Shown: positions 40,128 through 52,752, counted from the stretch's first letter. The stretch is DNA of 64,000 nucleotides from Octopus vulgaris (GCA_951406725.2 OX597823.1:103044001-103108000), one strand, 5' to 3'. Notes: generated by a model from the letters alone, not told the origin. Made by a program: numbers and translations.

Positions 40128-41596
40128 TTAAGTATTTCCTGGTGAAAAATATATTATTCAACATAGATTAGGGTTTTGTGACTACAGAGGAAAAGCTAGA
40201 CAGGTCCAAAGACACAAGGTAATCTGGAGAATAAAGATATAAAAGGTGACATAGCCTTCTAATAATTCTAGTTGACACATATGGCAGAAAAGAAGAGACA
40301 GAAGATAACTAGGTGTCTTTGCAAGATGCCAATAACCTGGTTTCCATGATATGTGTGTGGCCAAGATCACAACATCCCCCCCCCCCCCAACAGGATGCCA
40401 GTCCATTGCAGGGTAACTTATTTACAGCTGAGTGGACTGGAACAACATGAAATGAAGTGTTTTGCTCAAGAACTCAATGCACCACCCAGTCCAGGAATTA
40501 AAATCATGATTTTGTGACTATAAGTGCAATGCCCTAACCATTAAGCTTTGCACTTTCACATATTATTGTTCACAGAATCATAAAAGCTAAGAGATAGGCT
40601 AAAAAGATTGGAAAACAGGAGGAAGTAAATATTGATGTAAAGTAGTAAGAAGAGAAGCGAGAAGTCAGGGATATTAAGCAAGGAAAGTAACTGAAAGCAA
40701 AATTTTGCATGCGTTCCTTGATGGTGAGGATCAAAGGCATGAGATATTCCAGAAACCACAGAAAATCATGGAATTGTTTTTCACTGATACTGAAAAAAAA
40801 AAAAAAAAGGCAAGAAAATGCTATTACGAGAGGTTGTTGAATGTGAAAGTAGTAATTCTGGTGTCAGCACAGAAAAGCTGATGTTGATCGTCGGGTGTGT
40901 GGGTATTTTGGAAATACTTCACTAAGTGACAGCTGTGCCCTGCTTAGTTATGGGCTGCCTTTGGCAAGGCATAACACCCATTCAATCACCCTGCCTGGGA
41001 TACGGCAAAGTCATGGGACTGTGGCATGGTGGATTGTGAAGAGTTAGCAGAAGAGCTCAAGTGAGCCAACAGTGCAGAGCCAATGATGCTGAGCAGAGGA
41101 ATCCTCGAAGATCAATGGCCAGGATCACTAAACACCATGAAGAGAGTACCTGCAACGCATCCATATGAGTGGTGTCCATGATTGTGTGATCAGCTGATGA
41201 AAGATCCACCATCATTCAAGTTTCCAATTCAAATTCATGATAATGGAACTGGATGGCAACAGAGAGTGATAGGAATCCACGAAAGCAGTGAGAAATAAAA
41301 ATGGTATATTGATCGTGTCATGTATAATACACAATGTTACACGAAGTAAAGATAGGTAAGGAAAGTGGATATAGTGTAAAAGTCCAGGTCAGAAACAAAA
41401 GAAATGAACTACAGAAAACTAAGAGAATGTATAGATAATGATACTCAAAATTATTCAAAAATAGTAAATCCAAAATACGAAACATGATACGAATATTACT
41501 GTAAAAAAATCATTGGAATAATTAGATAGAAAAACATTGAATGTGATTTGTTCTGCAATACAACCCTGAAAGGCATCAGAATAATTATCAGAATTG

Positions 41597-41960
41597 TCAT
41601 CATCATCGTTTAATGTCCGCTTTCCATGCTAGCATGGGTTGGACAGTTCGACTGGGGTCTGGGAAGCCAGGAGGCTGCACCAGGCTCCAGTCTGATCTGG
41701 CAGTGTTTCTACAGCTGGATGCCCTCCATGAGAGTAGTGAGTGCTTTTTACGTACCAACAGCACAGGGACCAAAGGGGCAAACGGCCATGATCGGTTGGT
41801 GCTTTTACGTGTCACCGACATGGACGCCAGTCAGGCGGTGCTGGCAACTGCCACATTTGGACGGTGCTTTTAATGTGTCACCAGCACGGGTATCTTAACT
41901 ACAATTTCCATTTGATGTTGGTGTTAATGTACTTGACTCAATAGGTCTCCTCATGAACAG
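41597..41960 (-). mobile_element. SINE family G
   Basis: (CAT)n tail, core and internal repeats. Confidence 0.85.
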
Positions 41961-43199
41961 TGGGTTATTCTACGATCCAAGGTTAGCACAGCAGGCCATC
42001 CTACGAGCCATGAACTCACTTCATTTGTCGGGTCTGAATATAAACTGAAGACTGGGTATCAAAACATGGCATAAAGGAAAGAATTTCGTTTAAAGTAACC
42101 TCTGGCATTCACACAAAATTCTAAAACATTTTCCATTCATCACCTTTTGCCTTGTCTTTTTTCTTCACCACAGTAGCTGCATAATTCTATAGAAATAAGT
42201 CTGGCAGTGTGGTTAAAAAGTTCACTTTACAAGTATATGGTTTCAGGTTCATTCCTATTGTCCTGCACTTTTAGCAAGTGTCTTCTATCATGGCCTTGAG
42301 CCAACCAAAGCTTTGTAAGTTACAATTTGATAAACAGAAACTTTGAAGGCGGCTAGCTGGCAGAAACGTTAGCACACTGAAAAATAAAAGATTAGATCAG
42401 TAGTCTTCAGACAGCACCTCAAAGAATAACTAGATGCACTGTAGATTTTCTTTTTTTTTTTTTTTCATGTCACCTATCACCTCCTCCTCCTCCATGACCC
42501 ACTCCTAGTTTCCTTACATTCCTCTAAACTGAGATTCACCATTGCCCATGCTTTCGGCAATGTTCACCATTCACTGCTTTTGTTCCAATCTTCATTTCTA
42601 TTGTCTGTCATTTACCTCTTTCACTCTGGCAAACCTAGTTCCCCTCCAGCCATCCTAGATTCCCTTCCAGCCATCCTATCCACCTTTTTCTGCCTTGATG
42701 CCTTATCTCCACCATCCTTTCTCCCTTTCCTGCTGGAGTAGCCATATATCTTCTCTACAGCATCTGTTCCTCTATCATCCTTCATCCTCTCTACACCTGG
42801 CACAACACCTTCTCCCTCAATACTGCACTGTCACTATCAACTAGTCATGTCTTCCAAGTTACTAAGTTACTTGGTGACCATCACCAGCACTAGGACTGGT
42901 GCCATGAAAGCAGCACCCAGTAAAGTGTAAAATGGTTGGTGTTAGGAAAGGCAGCCAGTCATAGAAACCTTGCCAAAGTAGGCACTTGAAAACTAATGCA
43001 GATCTCAGGTTAATTAGATCCTGTCAAACCATCCAGCCCATGCCAGCATGGAACACAAACATTAAACAATGATGACAATAAATTAAGGCTTTTTAAGCAG
43101 ACTATTCTGGTTTTAGAAAGATAATCCTTCTGTAGAAACTAAACCAAAATTGAAATATATGAACAAGATGTGATTTGATCTGTCTAAAAGATACAGTAA

Positions 43200-43583
43200 T
43201 CTCTCTCTATATAAAGCTGAAGTTGTCTGTGTGTGGCAGGTTTGGTAGCCTTCAACTAACATTATCTCTTCCGAGACTCTGTGGCGCAAGTTGACCAAAA
43301 TTGAGAGTAGGACAGAAGAAGGCTTGCTCTTCCCTCCATAGAAGAAAAAATTCAAATCAGACCATGTTAACACCAAAAATTATTTACATCAAAAAGGTGC
43401 TTTTTTTTTTCTATGAAAATCCCTATTTTTTACGATTTTTTTACTGCTGTGTCGCCTATTTTAACCAGAAAAATGTTCACTTAAAGAGAATAACAAGCTA
43501 CATAGTGCAAAATTTTTACTTTCCAAAAATTTCAATTGTAAAGGGTCAAAACAAACCCGAGCAACGCCGAGCGATACTGCTAG
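43200..43583 (+). mobile_element. Non-autonomous Helitron-type element
   Basis: A|TC start, subterminal GC-rich hairpin-like CCCGAGCAACGCCGAG, CTAG|T end, no TSD. Confidence 0.85.
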
Positions 43584-44825
43584 TTCCAAATAAGAATGCA
43601 TTTGGACCATAATGAACTGCCTAACATATGCCAAAATAGACAGCAGTTGCATGATGATGATGATAGCAACAAGGACATGAATGACTGAGTACCTTCAAAA
43701 ACATTTTATACATAATTTCGCTATACACACGTACGATTAATAAAACAAGACAAACAAAAATTTTCCACATTCTTTTTTTTTTAAAGCTTCCTACATAAAA
43801 TGTGCCATTAATTTTTTGGTTTCTTTACAAAGTGATCTGGTCATCTTTTACTTAATCTCCAGTGTACTGCAAAGCCAAAAATAATGAGACCCACTGAATT
43901 AGATAATGTGAGGTTCTGGTGTAAGCTTTACTCTTTAATAAATCCTTTGTCTAATTAATAAATTGCTGATATTACGGAACTGACATGGTCAGTTGATACT
44001 GGAGTATACTAACCAATCAAATGAGGCATTCAATATGCATTTCTGTGTTAGACCATTTCACTTTTAGGATGGGTTTGTAATACCCAATTAAAAAATAAAA
44101 ACAGTAGAGAGAGTTGATTTATTTATGGAAATTCAGTTGCAATATCAAACAGGCTTGGGTGATAGACTTAATGTGGTCATTGGTTTATCACCACCATCTA
44201 TTCCTGGGGTACCTTTAGTGGAGTCTACTCTGTTATAAGCAATTTAGCAAGGGTACCAGTTTAATGATACTTTCCTCATGCCTTCTCTCATACCTTTACT
44301 CAGTAAAGGGCAATGGGTACAGCCTTACCTTCCTGACTAAGCAATAAAAAAAGTAGACAGTGACGACATAAATACTCTACGCTGACTCACCAATGTTGCT
44401 TTTGAGCCCTAAAGGTATCCCAGTCATGGCTAGCCATTCTTTTTATGAATACAGTAATACCTCACTTTACAAGACCCCAGGTTAACGAGGTTTATTTTTC
44501 AAGCACAAGATCCAAATTACGAACATAGTGCAAAAGTTTCTACTACCATAACAAATGCCTTTGCATGTTACCAGAAAATTTATAGAGAGTGGGAAAAAGC
44601 TTCTTCTAAGCAAATAACTCAAGACTTGCATTTTAAAAAGAAATCTACAAGTCCATCTACGAGAGCTTGTGACTCAGCGATCATGTCTAACAATGATGGT
44701 GCAAATGAAAGTGATTCAGAAAACGCTTATAATATTTTTTGTTATAAATGGTTTTGACATTCTTTTTATTTTACTCTTTACATTCTACTGTTGTTTTATT
44801 GCCATTTGTTTACAAGTATTGCAAA

Positions 44826-45170
44826 TCATCGTCATCATCGCTTAACGTCCGCGTTCCATGCTAGCATGGGTTGGACGATTTGACCGAGGGCTGGCAAACC
44901 AGATGGCTGCACCAGGCTTGATCTGACAGAGTTTCTACAGCTGGATGCCCTTCCTATTGCCAACCACTCCAAGAGTGTAGTGGGTGCTTTTACGTGCCAC
45001 CGGCATGGGGCCAGTCAGGCGGTACTGGCAGCGACCTCGCTCAAATCTTTTTACACATGCCAGTAAGGCGATGCTAGTAACGATCACACTCGAATGGTGT
45101 CTTTTATGTGCCACCGGCACGGAAGCCAGATAGCCACTCTAGCAACGATCACGCTCGGATGGTGCTCTTA
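44826..45170 (-). mobile_element. SINE family G, long form
   Basis: Close match to 22655 and 24110 copies. Confidence 0.88.
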
Positions 45171-46327
45171 AATCTTATAGGTAAAATATTTTTCTTGAAA
45201 CAAATTATGATACATAACATACTATGGGAAATTATTGCTCTGCTTTATGAGCAGTCTCCGGGAACAAATGAACTTGTATATTGAGGCTTTACTGTAAATA
45301 GGGCTACATTATCTACTGAGTTTTGTCTTTACTTCGGGATTTCAGAGAGCTTTGACTATTATTTCTATCAGTTTCGGCAACCAAGTAGAGGCTTACTCAA
45401 AATTGTCATTGTCAGTAAACTTTAGAGGCAGTGAATAGGGACAGAAATGATAGAAGCTTCAGACAAAATATCTATCAGTGCTTAGTTTTATCCAATGTGT
45501 GTAGATAAAGGTGTTCACTTATTCTTCAAACCATCTTGTGGTTAAAATAAGTGCCAGGCATAAACAAGGCTTCATTCAATCAACAATAGCCTCATGTTAG
45601 TATGAGAATCATTATTGGTTAACCTTGGGAAAAGCAATGACAGAAGCTTACTGGTGATCTTACAAAACAGCAAAAAAAGAAACTGATATTTGTTTTTTTA
45701 TTTATCCAATAATATTAAGGTGGCAAGCAGGTAGAATTGATAGCACATTAGACTAGACAGTATTTCTTCATTATGTCCTGAGCTCAGATCCCATTGAGGT
45801 AAACTTTATCTTTCATCCTTTCGAGATCAATAAAATAAAGTACCAGTCAAGTACTGAAGTCAATGTGATTGACTTGCCTCCTCCTCTCAAAATTGCATGC
45901 CTTATATCAAAATTAGAAAGAATTATTTATCCTTTAATAATGATTTTTTTTTATATAAGCACAAGAACAAAAATTTTTTGGTGGGGCAAGATTAGACAAT
46001 TAAATTCACCCCTGTACTTGACTGCTATTTTATCAATCCTGAGAAAATATAAAGTAAAGTTAAATTCAGTAGGGGAATATTAATAAAATTATTTTACTGG
46101 CCCTCAGTGAACCTTGGTTAAATTCAAATTCAATACTGTAAATAAGCTACAGTTAACTGGCTGTTCAGCCAGTAGACCCTTGTCTAACCACCAAATAAAT
46201 CTGATGTTAGATTTGATGAACCACTTATTTAATTAAAATCTATCAGCACTTTATTTGCTCAGCATGTTATTATAGAGATGAGATTTTGAAATATAATGGT
46301 TTTGTTTTAAATTTGCCTTATTTCATT

Positions 46328-46721
46328 AGCTATATGGCTCAGAAACCTGGACGTTATCAAAGAAGCTTGAGAGGCGGTTGGATGGAACTTACACTCACCT
46401 CCTTATGAGAGCTCAAAATATCTCGTGGAAGTGTCATCCAACCAAAGTACAAATATATGGGAAATTACCACCTGTATCATCTCTTGTGAAAGGTAGAAGA
46501 GTCCAGTTTGCTGGACATTGTTGTAGAGCTGAAAACAAGGTAATTTCTACTCTTCTCCTCTGGAAGCCATCTGCTCGCGATACTCTCTTACCCTGTTGTA
46601 ATCTCCAGGGATACAGGCATCCAGCAACAGGTCCACCGTAATACTATGATGGACCGTGAAGTCTGGTGTAACATAGTAAATTCCATTGTCTCGACCACGG
46701 TCGAACAATGATGATGATGAT
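46328..46721 (+). mobile_element. RTE-clade LINE 3' fragment with (GAT)n tail
   Basis: LYGSETWTLSKKLERRLDGTYTHLLMRAQNISW...RVQFAGHCCR...LLLWKP. Confidence 0.85.
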
Positions 46722-47859
46722 TTCATTAGCATAAAGACAGTAAAATAGAAATGCAGTATAAGACACAGGGCTAAATAGCTTACTGTGTTTAGACAACCCC
46801 TCAATATTCTGGCTTTAAATCACACCATTGTCAATAACATCAGTACCAGTAATATATACAAGGGGTAGGGCAGCAAACTGGCAGATTCGTTAGCAAGCCA
46901 GACAAACTGCTAAGATATTTTCTGCCCATCTTTTACATTCAGAGTTCAAATTCTGCTTAGGTCAGTTTAGCCTTTTACCCTTTTGAGATCAATAAAATAA
47001 GTACCAGTTGAGCACTGAGATTGATGTAATTGACTTAACCCCTCCCTTGAACCAGCTGGCCTTAAGCCAAAATTTGAAACCAATATATACAAAGGGTTTA
47101 TTCAATTGAATATTCCTTAACCTGTAAACATTTGCCATTTACCTAATGAAAAGAAATCAACAATCAGTTAATCTGACTGATTTAAATATACAAAACCAAG
47201 TTAAATAATGGGAAATAGTTTTACTGAATTATAATAATGTCATTTCTAAAAACTACCCTTCCACACCCCACGTACCACTACTAGTCTTTCGTTCATAGTT
47301 CTCTGTATGCAAAGGTTTAGACATATAGGCGGCAAGTTGGCAGTTGTTAAAATATTGGATAAAATACCTTGCCAAATTCATCCTAGTACTCTGCACTCAG
47401 TGTTCAAAGCCTGCCGAGGTCAACTTTGCCGTACATTTTTGTGAGGTCAATAAACAAAACACCAATCCAGTACTGGTCAGTTCTTCTCTGGAAGAAATCA
47501 GCTGTATTCACACTAGGGAGTGATAGAATTCCTCATGCATTTAAAACACCCAAAACATACCATGTCTCCACCAGGAGTTAAAGAACACAGCCACAAGGGT
47601 TAGACTAAAACAAAATAAAGTGAGCATGGTCATATCTTTCTTCAACATAGTTCTCTATCTTTTATTACATCAATGTCAATACTGATGTACTTCAGGTCAC
47701 TAATGTTGTTGCTTGCTTAGTGTACCTTTATCTTCTTTCACCGTTTTTCCCTATTCTCTGCCAGTCCAACATAAACATACTTCAGGTCACTATTGCTAGT
47801 GTTATCTGTCCAGTGTATCTTCGGACATAGTTCTATCATCATTCATCCATCCATTCATC

Positions 47860-49320
47860 TTTTCCACCCACTATTCCTAGGAGGATCACGGCACCTCATC
47901 CTCCATAAGGTCCTGTAAGAAGCAACCATCATTAGACTTTCCAGCTGAGATTCCCATGCATGACCAACTGAGTCTATGACTATCATCTAACCATCTCATT
48001 CTTAGTCTACCTCTAGGTCTACTGCTGGTTGGCTCAGCTTGAAGAATTTGTCATGTGATTTTTAAAATCATTTTAATCACATGTCCATACTACCAGACCT
48101 GTAACCTTTCAATGTAGAGAATTAGTGACTAGACCTAGAGAGATTCCCTGATCTCTGAGCTATGCACCCTGTTGGCATCCTTTTGTCTCAAGAGACAATG
48201 GAGTTGTGCATAAACTAATCCAGTCTGGTTTTTACATTTCATGTCCTCTGCAGTTTTGCGCAGGCCTGGGCTAGATGTAAGAAAATCCTAGGTAGCCCAG
48301 TCGTCAGGTTTCCTCTCTTGACCTTGCTGATGTCGTCCAAAGGAGTGCAGAGCATTACACTTGGCATCAGCTTGGTTGCAGGAGCTGCCGGAACAGTGTC
48401 GAGTCAAACACTAAACCGCCTACAGGGCTCCACTCTGGATTTCTTTGAAGGTTGTCTCCTTTCTGTAATCCTGGATAGGGGCCCATACCGGGTACTGTCA
48501 GCCGGAGCCAGCTGAGCCCTGTTGAGTACTGTTAATCCAAATACCTTTTAGAGGAATCCCATTTCAGCTACTTGTATTCACAACCATACTCTTTCAATCA
48601 TTACCCAACATTCATGACCATAGGTAAGGACAGGTGCAAAAACCAAATTGCAGATAGTGAGCTTGGCTTTTTTTCACCAACTTCTCTTTTGAGGATTGAA
48701 TGTTGGAGCATTTCTGTACCAGCACCTGCAATTCTAGGATCCAATTCAGCCTCCTATTTCCCATTACTCATGAATACAGTCCCTGACACACTCAAACATC
48801 TCCACTTGTCTCAATGATGTTCCACTAAAATGCAGAGTGCAATGAGAAGACTTTTTTGAGAAGACCAGAGATTCTCATCTCTGCCTTGCAGCATTCTGCA
48901 GCAAATCCATTCAGGGCATGCCAAGATCACCTTCTGATGTGCCAAGCAGCACCATTTAGTCTGCAAATATCAGCCAACTGATCCTACATTTCCACTGATC
49001 GCAATTTCCAAGCAATCAATTCTACATGAGCATACTTCAGGACACCACTGCTGTTGTCCATCCAATGTCTCCTTGGACCAACACACACTTCAGAAATAAC
49101 CATCTCTTCTGGTAACTTAACTTATCCTCATGTATTGCAGCTGACTACACCACAGCTACTTCTGACATCAAACTGGCCACAATGCTCTCTTAATCGAAGC
49201 AAGAAATTTTCTAGCCAAGGATTTTACAGAGATCTATTTTATCTTAGAAATGTTATTTCATGTGATGCTGAGTAAAACACTTTCACATGTATGGACTTTA
49301 CCATACAATTCAAACTTAAC
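47860..49320 (-). mobile_element. RTE-clade LINE RT/C-terminal fragment, decayed, carrying an insertion
   Basis: Reverse strand shows LIFAD, FECxG, RIAGAG and W.GHV...PRGR(P)R-like remnants. Confidence 0.65.
48175..48516 (-). mobile_element. Short retroposon resembling BovB/RTE termini (Ceph-SINE-like), 8-bp TSD
   Basis: TSD CCCTGTTG at 48167-48174 and 48517-48524 is seen directly. Resemblance of GTCTCAAGAGACAATGG and GTCCAAAGGAGTGCAGAGC to BovB ends is from recall. Confidence 0.6.
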
Positions 49321-51184
49321 CATCATTGCTGTATATTTAGACAGGGTGAATATACTGCAGTTTGTCAGAATAGAAAGTACTAAAAAATAATATAAAACTC
49401 AGGTTCTGTTTGAAATTATTTTAACTTTTAACTTTTAGTAAAGATTAAAATATCCTTAGTTCTTTACCAATGTACCCTTTTAAATTTGTAATTTTTAGTA
49501 CCTCTTTTTAAAACATTAAATCATATTCAATTTTTAACTAAAGTTGATAACTGTACGGTAAAGAAACAAAAAAAAAATGACAAAAGAAGTTTAAATAATT
49601 TAGACTGTAATCATCTGTCATCAGTTATTAAGTACTTGGTTTTATAAAATAGTAACTATAACACCATAGAAATCGAAATATAATTACGACTTGAATATAG
49701 AGGTTTACAATAACTTTCTCCAGTGATGCATAATTTTCTGATATCTCTTAAAAGTCAGCAGTAAATATTAATCCATATATGAAGTGAAAACAATGTTGAT
49801 ATATAGATTTACCAACAATTTGATTGAGTTTGATCAGCTGATATGGCTAGAGGTTAGGTTTAACTCGTTTGAAGTGAAATGTTATAATGCTGGAGTTTAG
49901 AACTGATCTAACCGGCTTAGATACTTTATTCTAGGATTTGTTGTTAACTGAAATAGTATAAGAAATAATTTATAAATCAAAACATTCATTTATGTGATAG
50001 TAGATATACGAAAAGGGATAAAGGAAGCTTGAGCATTTCATTTTTGATTCGTTATTATGTAATTCTCTAGAAGTATGGAAGTATATCGAAGAATTTCTAT
50101 GCAAGAACAAATGTCAAATGATAACCATCATAACTAGAACGGCTTACAATTAAAATAAAATCACAGAAAAAAAAAATGATAAATACATCTAAAGTATCTT
50201 GTGTCTCGTTTCTATTGTGAGTGGGTGTGTACGAATGTGTAGAAAATGGTTAGAATAAGAACCTATGATTATTGAGAGAAAGATAAATAAATAAATAAAT
50301 AAAATCAGAGGAACTACATATGACGGGAATCAAAGGTAAGAATAGAAGATCGCCTACTAAGGCAGACTGTTGACCGGGGCCAAACATTCTGCCTCACATA
50401 GCTACACACGAAAATAACTGATACGTCACTTTGTAACCACTGCAGCCACCTGTCAGAATGAAAGAGCGGCAAATAAATATTATTAACTTTGTAAATGGTC
50501 AAAGACAATCAGGAAACAATTAAGCAGGAATGGTATTCTTTGTGCAGCTGTTGGGCATCTATCTGAAGAACTGGAAACAGTTTACATTGTTATACATGCA
50601 CGTATATGTATATGTGTGTATGTACGTGATCATACATACACACATATATGCGTGTATGTATGTATGTGTGAGAGAGAGAGAGAGAGAGAAAAAGAGGGAG
50701 GAAGAAAAAGAGAGTGGAATGATGAAGAGAGTCTGCTGAGAGTTCCTTGCCAATTAGATATATCGTACATAAAAGCTGCCGAAGCAAACAAAGAAAGAAG
50801 TACACATCTTTGGGAGATGTTGGTGAGGTAACGAAGAATTGCTGATGCTAACGAGAAGTACGGGAATACCTAATAAACTAGAGCAGCTCAAAGATTCGAG
50901 AAATCGAGTACTAGACATTGAGAATGAAAGAGAACAAGTACGTGTCGGGGAGGATGAGAGCTTACGGTTAGACAGACGATGCAGATTACCAATACACACA
51001 CACACACACACATATATATACACACACACTAACATCTACACATAAGTACACATATACATACATACATACTGCTTAACAAATGAACAAGTCGGTTATAGAA
51101 AATAAACTGCTCGAAATATTAAGGTTTAAAGTCTAAATCTAGATTCATTTAAGACAAAAAAATTCGTGAGGAAGACCAAGGTGA

Positions 51185-51195
51185 GTATGTGAGTT

Positions 51196-51232
<37 letters not shown>

Positions 51233-51345
51233 TCATATATATGTGTGTGTGTGTATGAAACATACACAGTGTATATATATATATGTATATATATATACAT
51301 ACACATATATATACACACATATATATACATACATGTATGTATGCG
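51185..51345. repeat. (TA)n/(TG)n/(CA)n microsatellite just inside the TSC2 intron
   Basis: Seen directly. Confidence 0.95.
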
Positions 51346-51393
51346 TGAACATGTAACAGTGATGTCGGTATGATGACGGTATAAAGATCTCAC

Positions 51394-51531
51394 CTGCAGA
51401 ATGTCAAAAGTAAAGACAAATTCTTTTTTCACTTCAGATTTCTGAGCGGCAGGGGGTGAGCTGTTGCGAAATTTGAACAGATTCCTTAATTTGTCTTTGA
51501 ATTTCTCCTCCGACTTGCTTGGTCGTGACAT
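51394..51531 (-). CDS. TSC2: TSC2/tuberin, first coding exon (46 codons)
   Basis: MSRPSKSEEKFKDKLRNLFKFRNSSPPAAQKSEVKKEFVFTFDILQ resembles human tuberin MAKPTSKDSGLKEKFK...EFIITAEILR. It ends at a CAG|GTGAGA donor. The 138 coding nt equal the human first coding exon length as I recall it. Confidence 0.93.
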
Positions 51532-51660
51532 CTTCGCTCATTCTCTCTCTTTTCCTCCGCCTACTCCTCCTACTCCTCCTACTCCGGCAGCAGCAATCAT
51601 ATCAGCACGTGACACTAGGCCACCACAGATCCCTTGCATCAGCGATAAATACAGCCAAAC
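51532..51660 (-). promoter_or_regulatory. Putative TSC2 5' UTR part of the first coding exon, containing uATGs
   Basis: Acceptor-like CTTCTCTCAG| at 51661-51670 on the minus strand, with no other pyrimidine-preceded AG before the ATG. uATGs at 51639, 51600 and 51541. Confidence 0.6.
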
Positions 51661-51809
51661 CTGAGAGAAGCATGCCATTTCCAATTTTTTCTCCTCTTCA
51701 ATTTTTATTCCTTTAATTATTTAATCAAATTTGAAATTCTTTTTTCCAGATAATTTCTTCATCACAAAAAAAATTCTACTTAAACATAAATTCATAAAAT
51801 TACATTACA

Positions 51810-51864
<55 letters not shown>

Positions 51865-51894
51865 ATATTCCTCTAATTTTTACCTATCATGTAG

Positions 51895-52110
51895 CTTTCT
51901 TTTTTGTTCTCACTTTTATTCATTACTTTTCTCTTCTTTTTTTTTAATTTTCAATCCATTTCATTCCATACTTTCGTTCTCACTCTCTATCCCTTTCTTT
52001 TTACTCTCTCCTTCTCTATCGCTTTCTCTTTAACTCACCCCCTCTCTACCGCTTTCTTTTTACTCTCTCCCCCCCCCTCTCTATATCTCTTCTAATCCCT
52101 CTTTCCCAAT
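51895..52110. repeat. Polypyrimidine/polypurine tract
   Basis: About 200 bp that is predominantly C/T on the plus strand. Confidence 0.85.
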
Positions 52111-52419
52111 CCACATGATGCGACTCTCGTTCTACCACAACTACCTAAGCGACACTTGTCCTTGACCTTATTACTATTTTCTGCCAGTTCCCAGTTCTTC
52201 GCCAGAGTCGTTCATTTATTTTAGTAGTTCTCTCTTTGAAAAAAAAACATGCTTGCTGTTTTCTCGACGCCACTAATTTCTTTTGTTCTGTGCCAGCTCT
52301 ATGAATTGATGTAGAAAGGTTGTAAACATATTTATATGCTTAAATATTCGTCTTTCATGCGTTATTCATCTCGTTTTCAACTTTTTATGTCCCACTTCCC
52401 GCACACTCCGTCTAAATTT

Positions 52420-52752
52420 ATCTACACACACACCTACACATATATCGATAAACACCACACACACATATATACACATTCATAGTCACTCCACACATACATA
52501 TAATATATAAGTGTATGTATGTATGTATATATATACACACACACATATTCGTTCATTTAACATCCATACATTTTTGGCACCACACATATATACACATTCA
52601 TAGTCACTCCATACACACACATAATGTATATGTGTATGTATATATACACACACACACCTATACATATATCGATAAACACCACACGCATATATACACATTC
52701 ATAGTCACTCCATACACACATGTGTATGTATGTATATATATATATATGTGTG
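52420..52752. repeat. Microsatellite-derived tandem array with recurring ACACATTCATAGTCACTCCA and ATCGATAAACACCAC units
   Basis: Three and two copies of the respective units embedded in CA/TA repeats. Confidence 0.8.

Noticed and set aside
50839-51045. 68-aa plus-strand ORF antisense to TSC2
   Set aside because: Non-ATG start, ends in (CA)n, and has no recognisable homology.
51145-51393. C-terminal 82 aa of the 128-aa ORF
   Set aside because: Read-through past the GT donor into intronic microsatellite; tuberin homology stops at ILQ.
52100-52300. Possible non-coding first exon of TSC2
   Set aside because: Only weak donor candidates (e.g. TAG|GTAGTT near 52144); boundaries cannot be supported from sequence alone.
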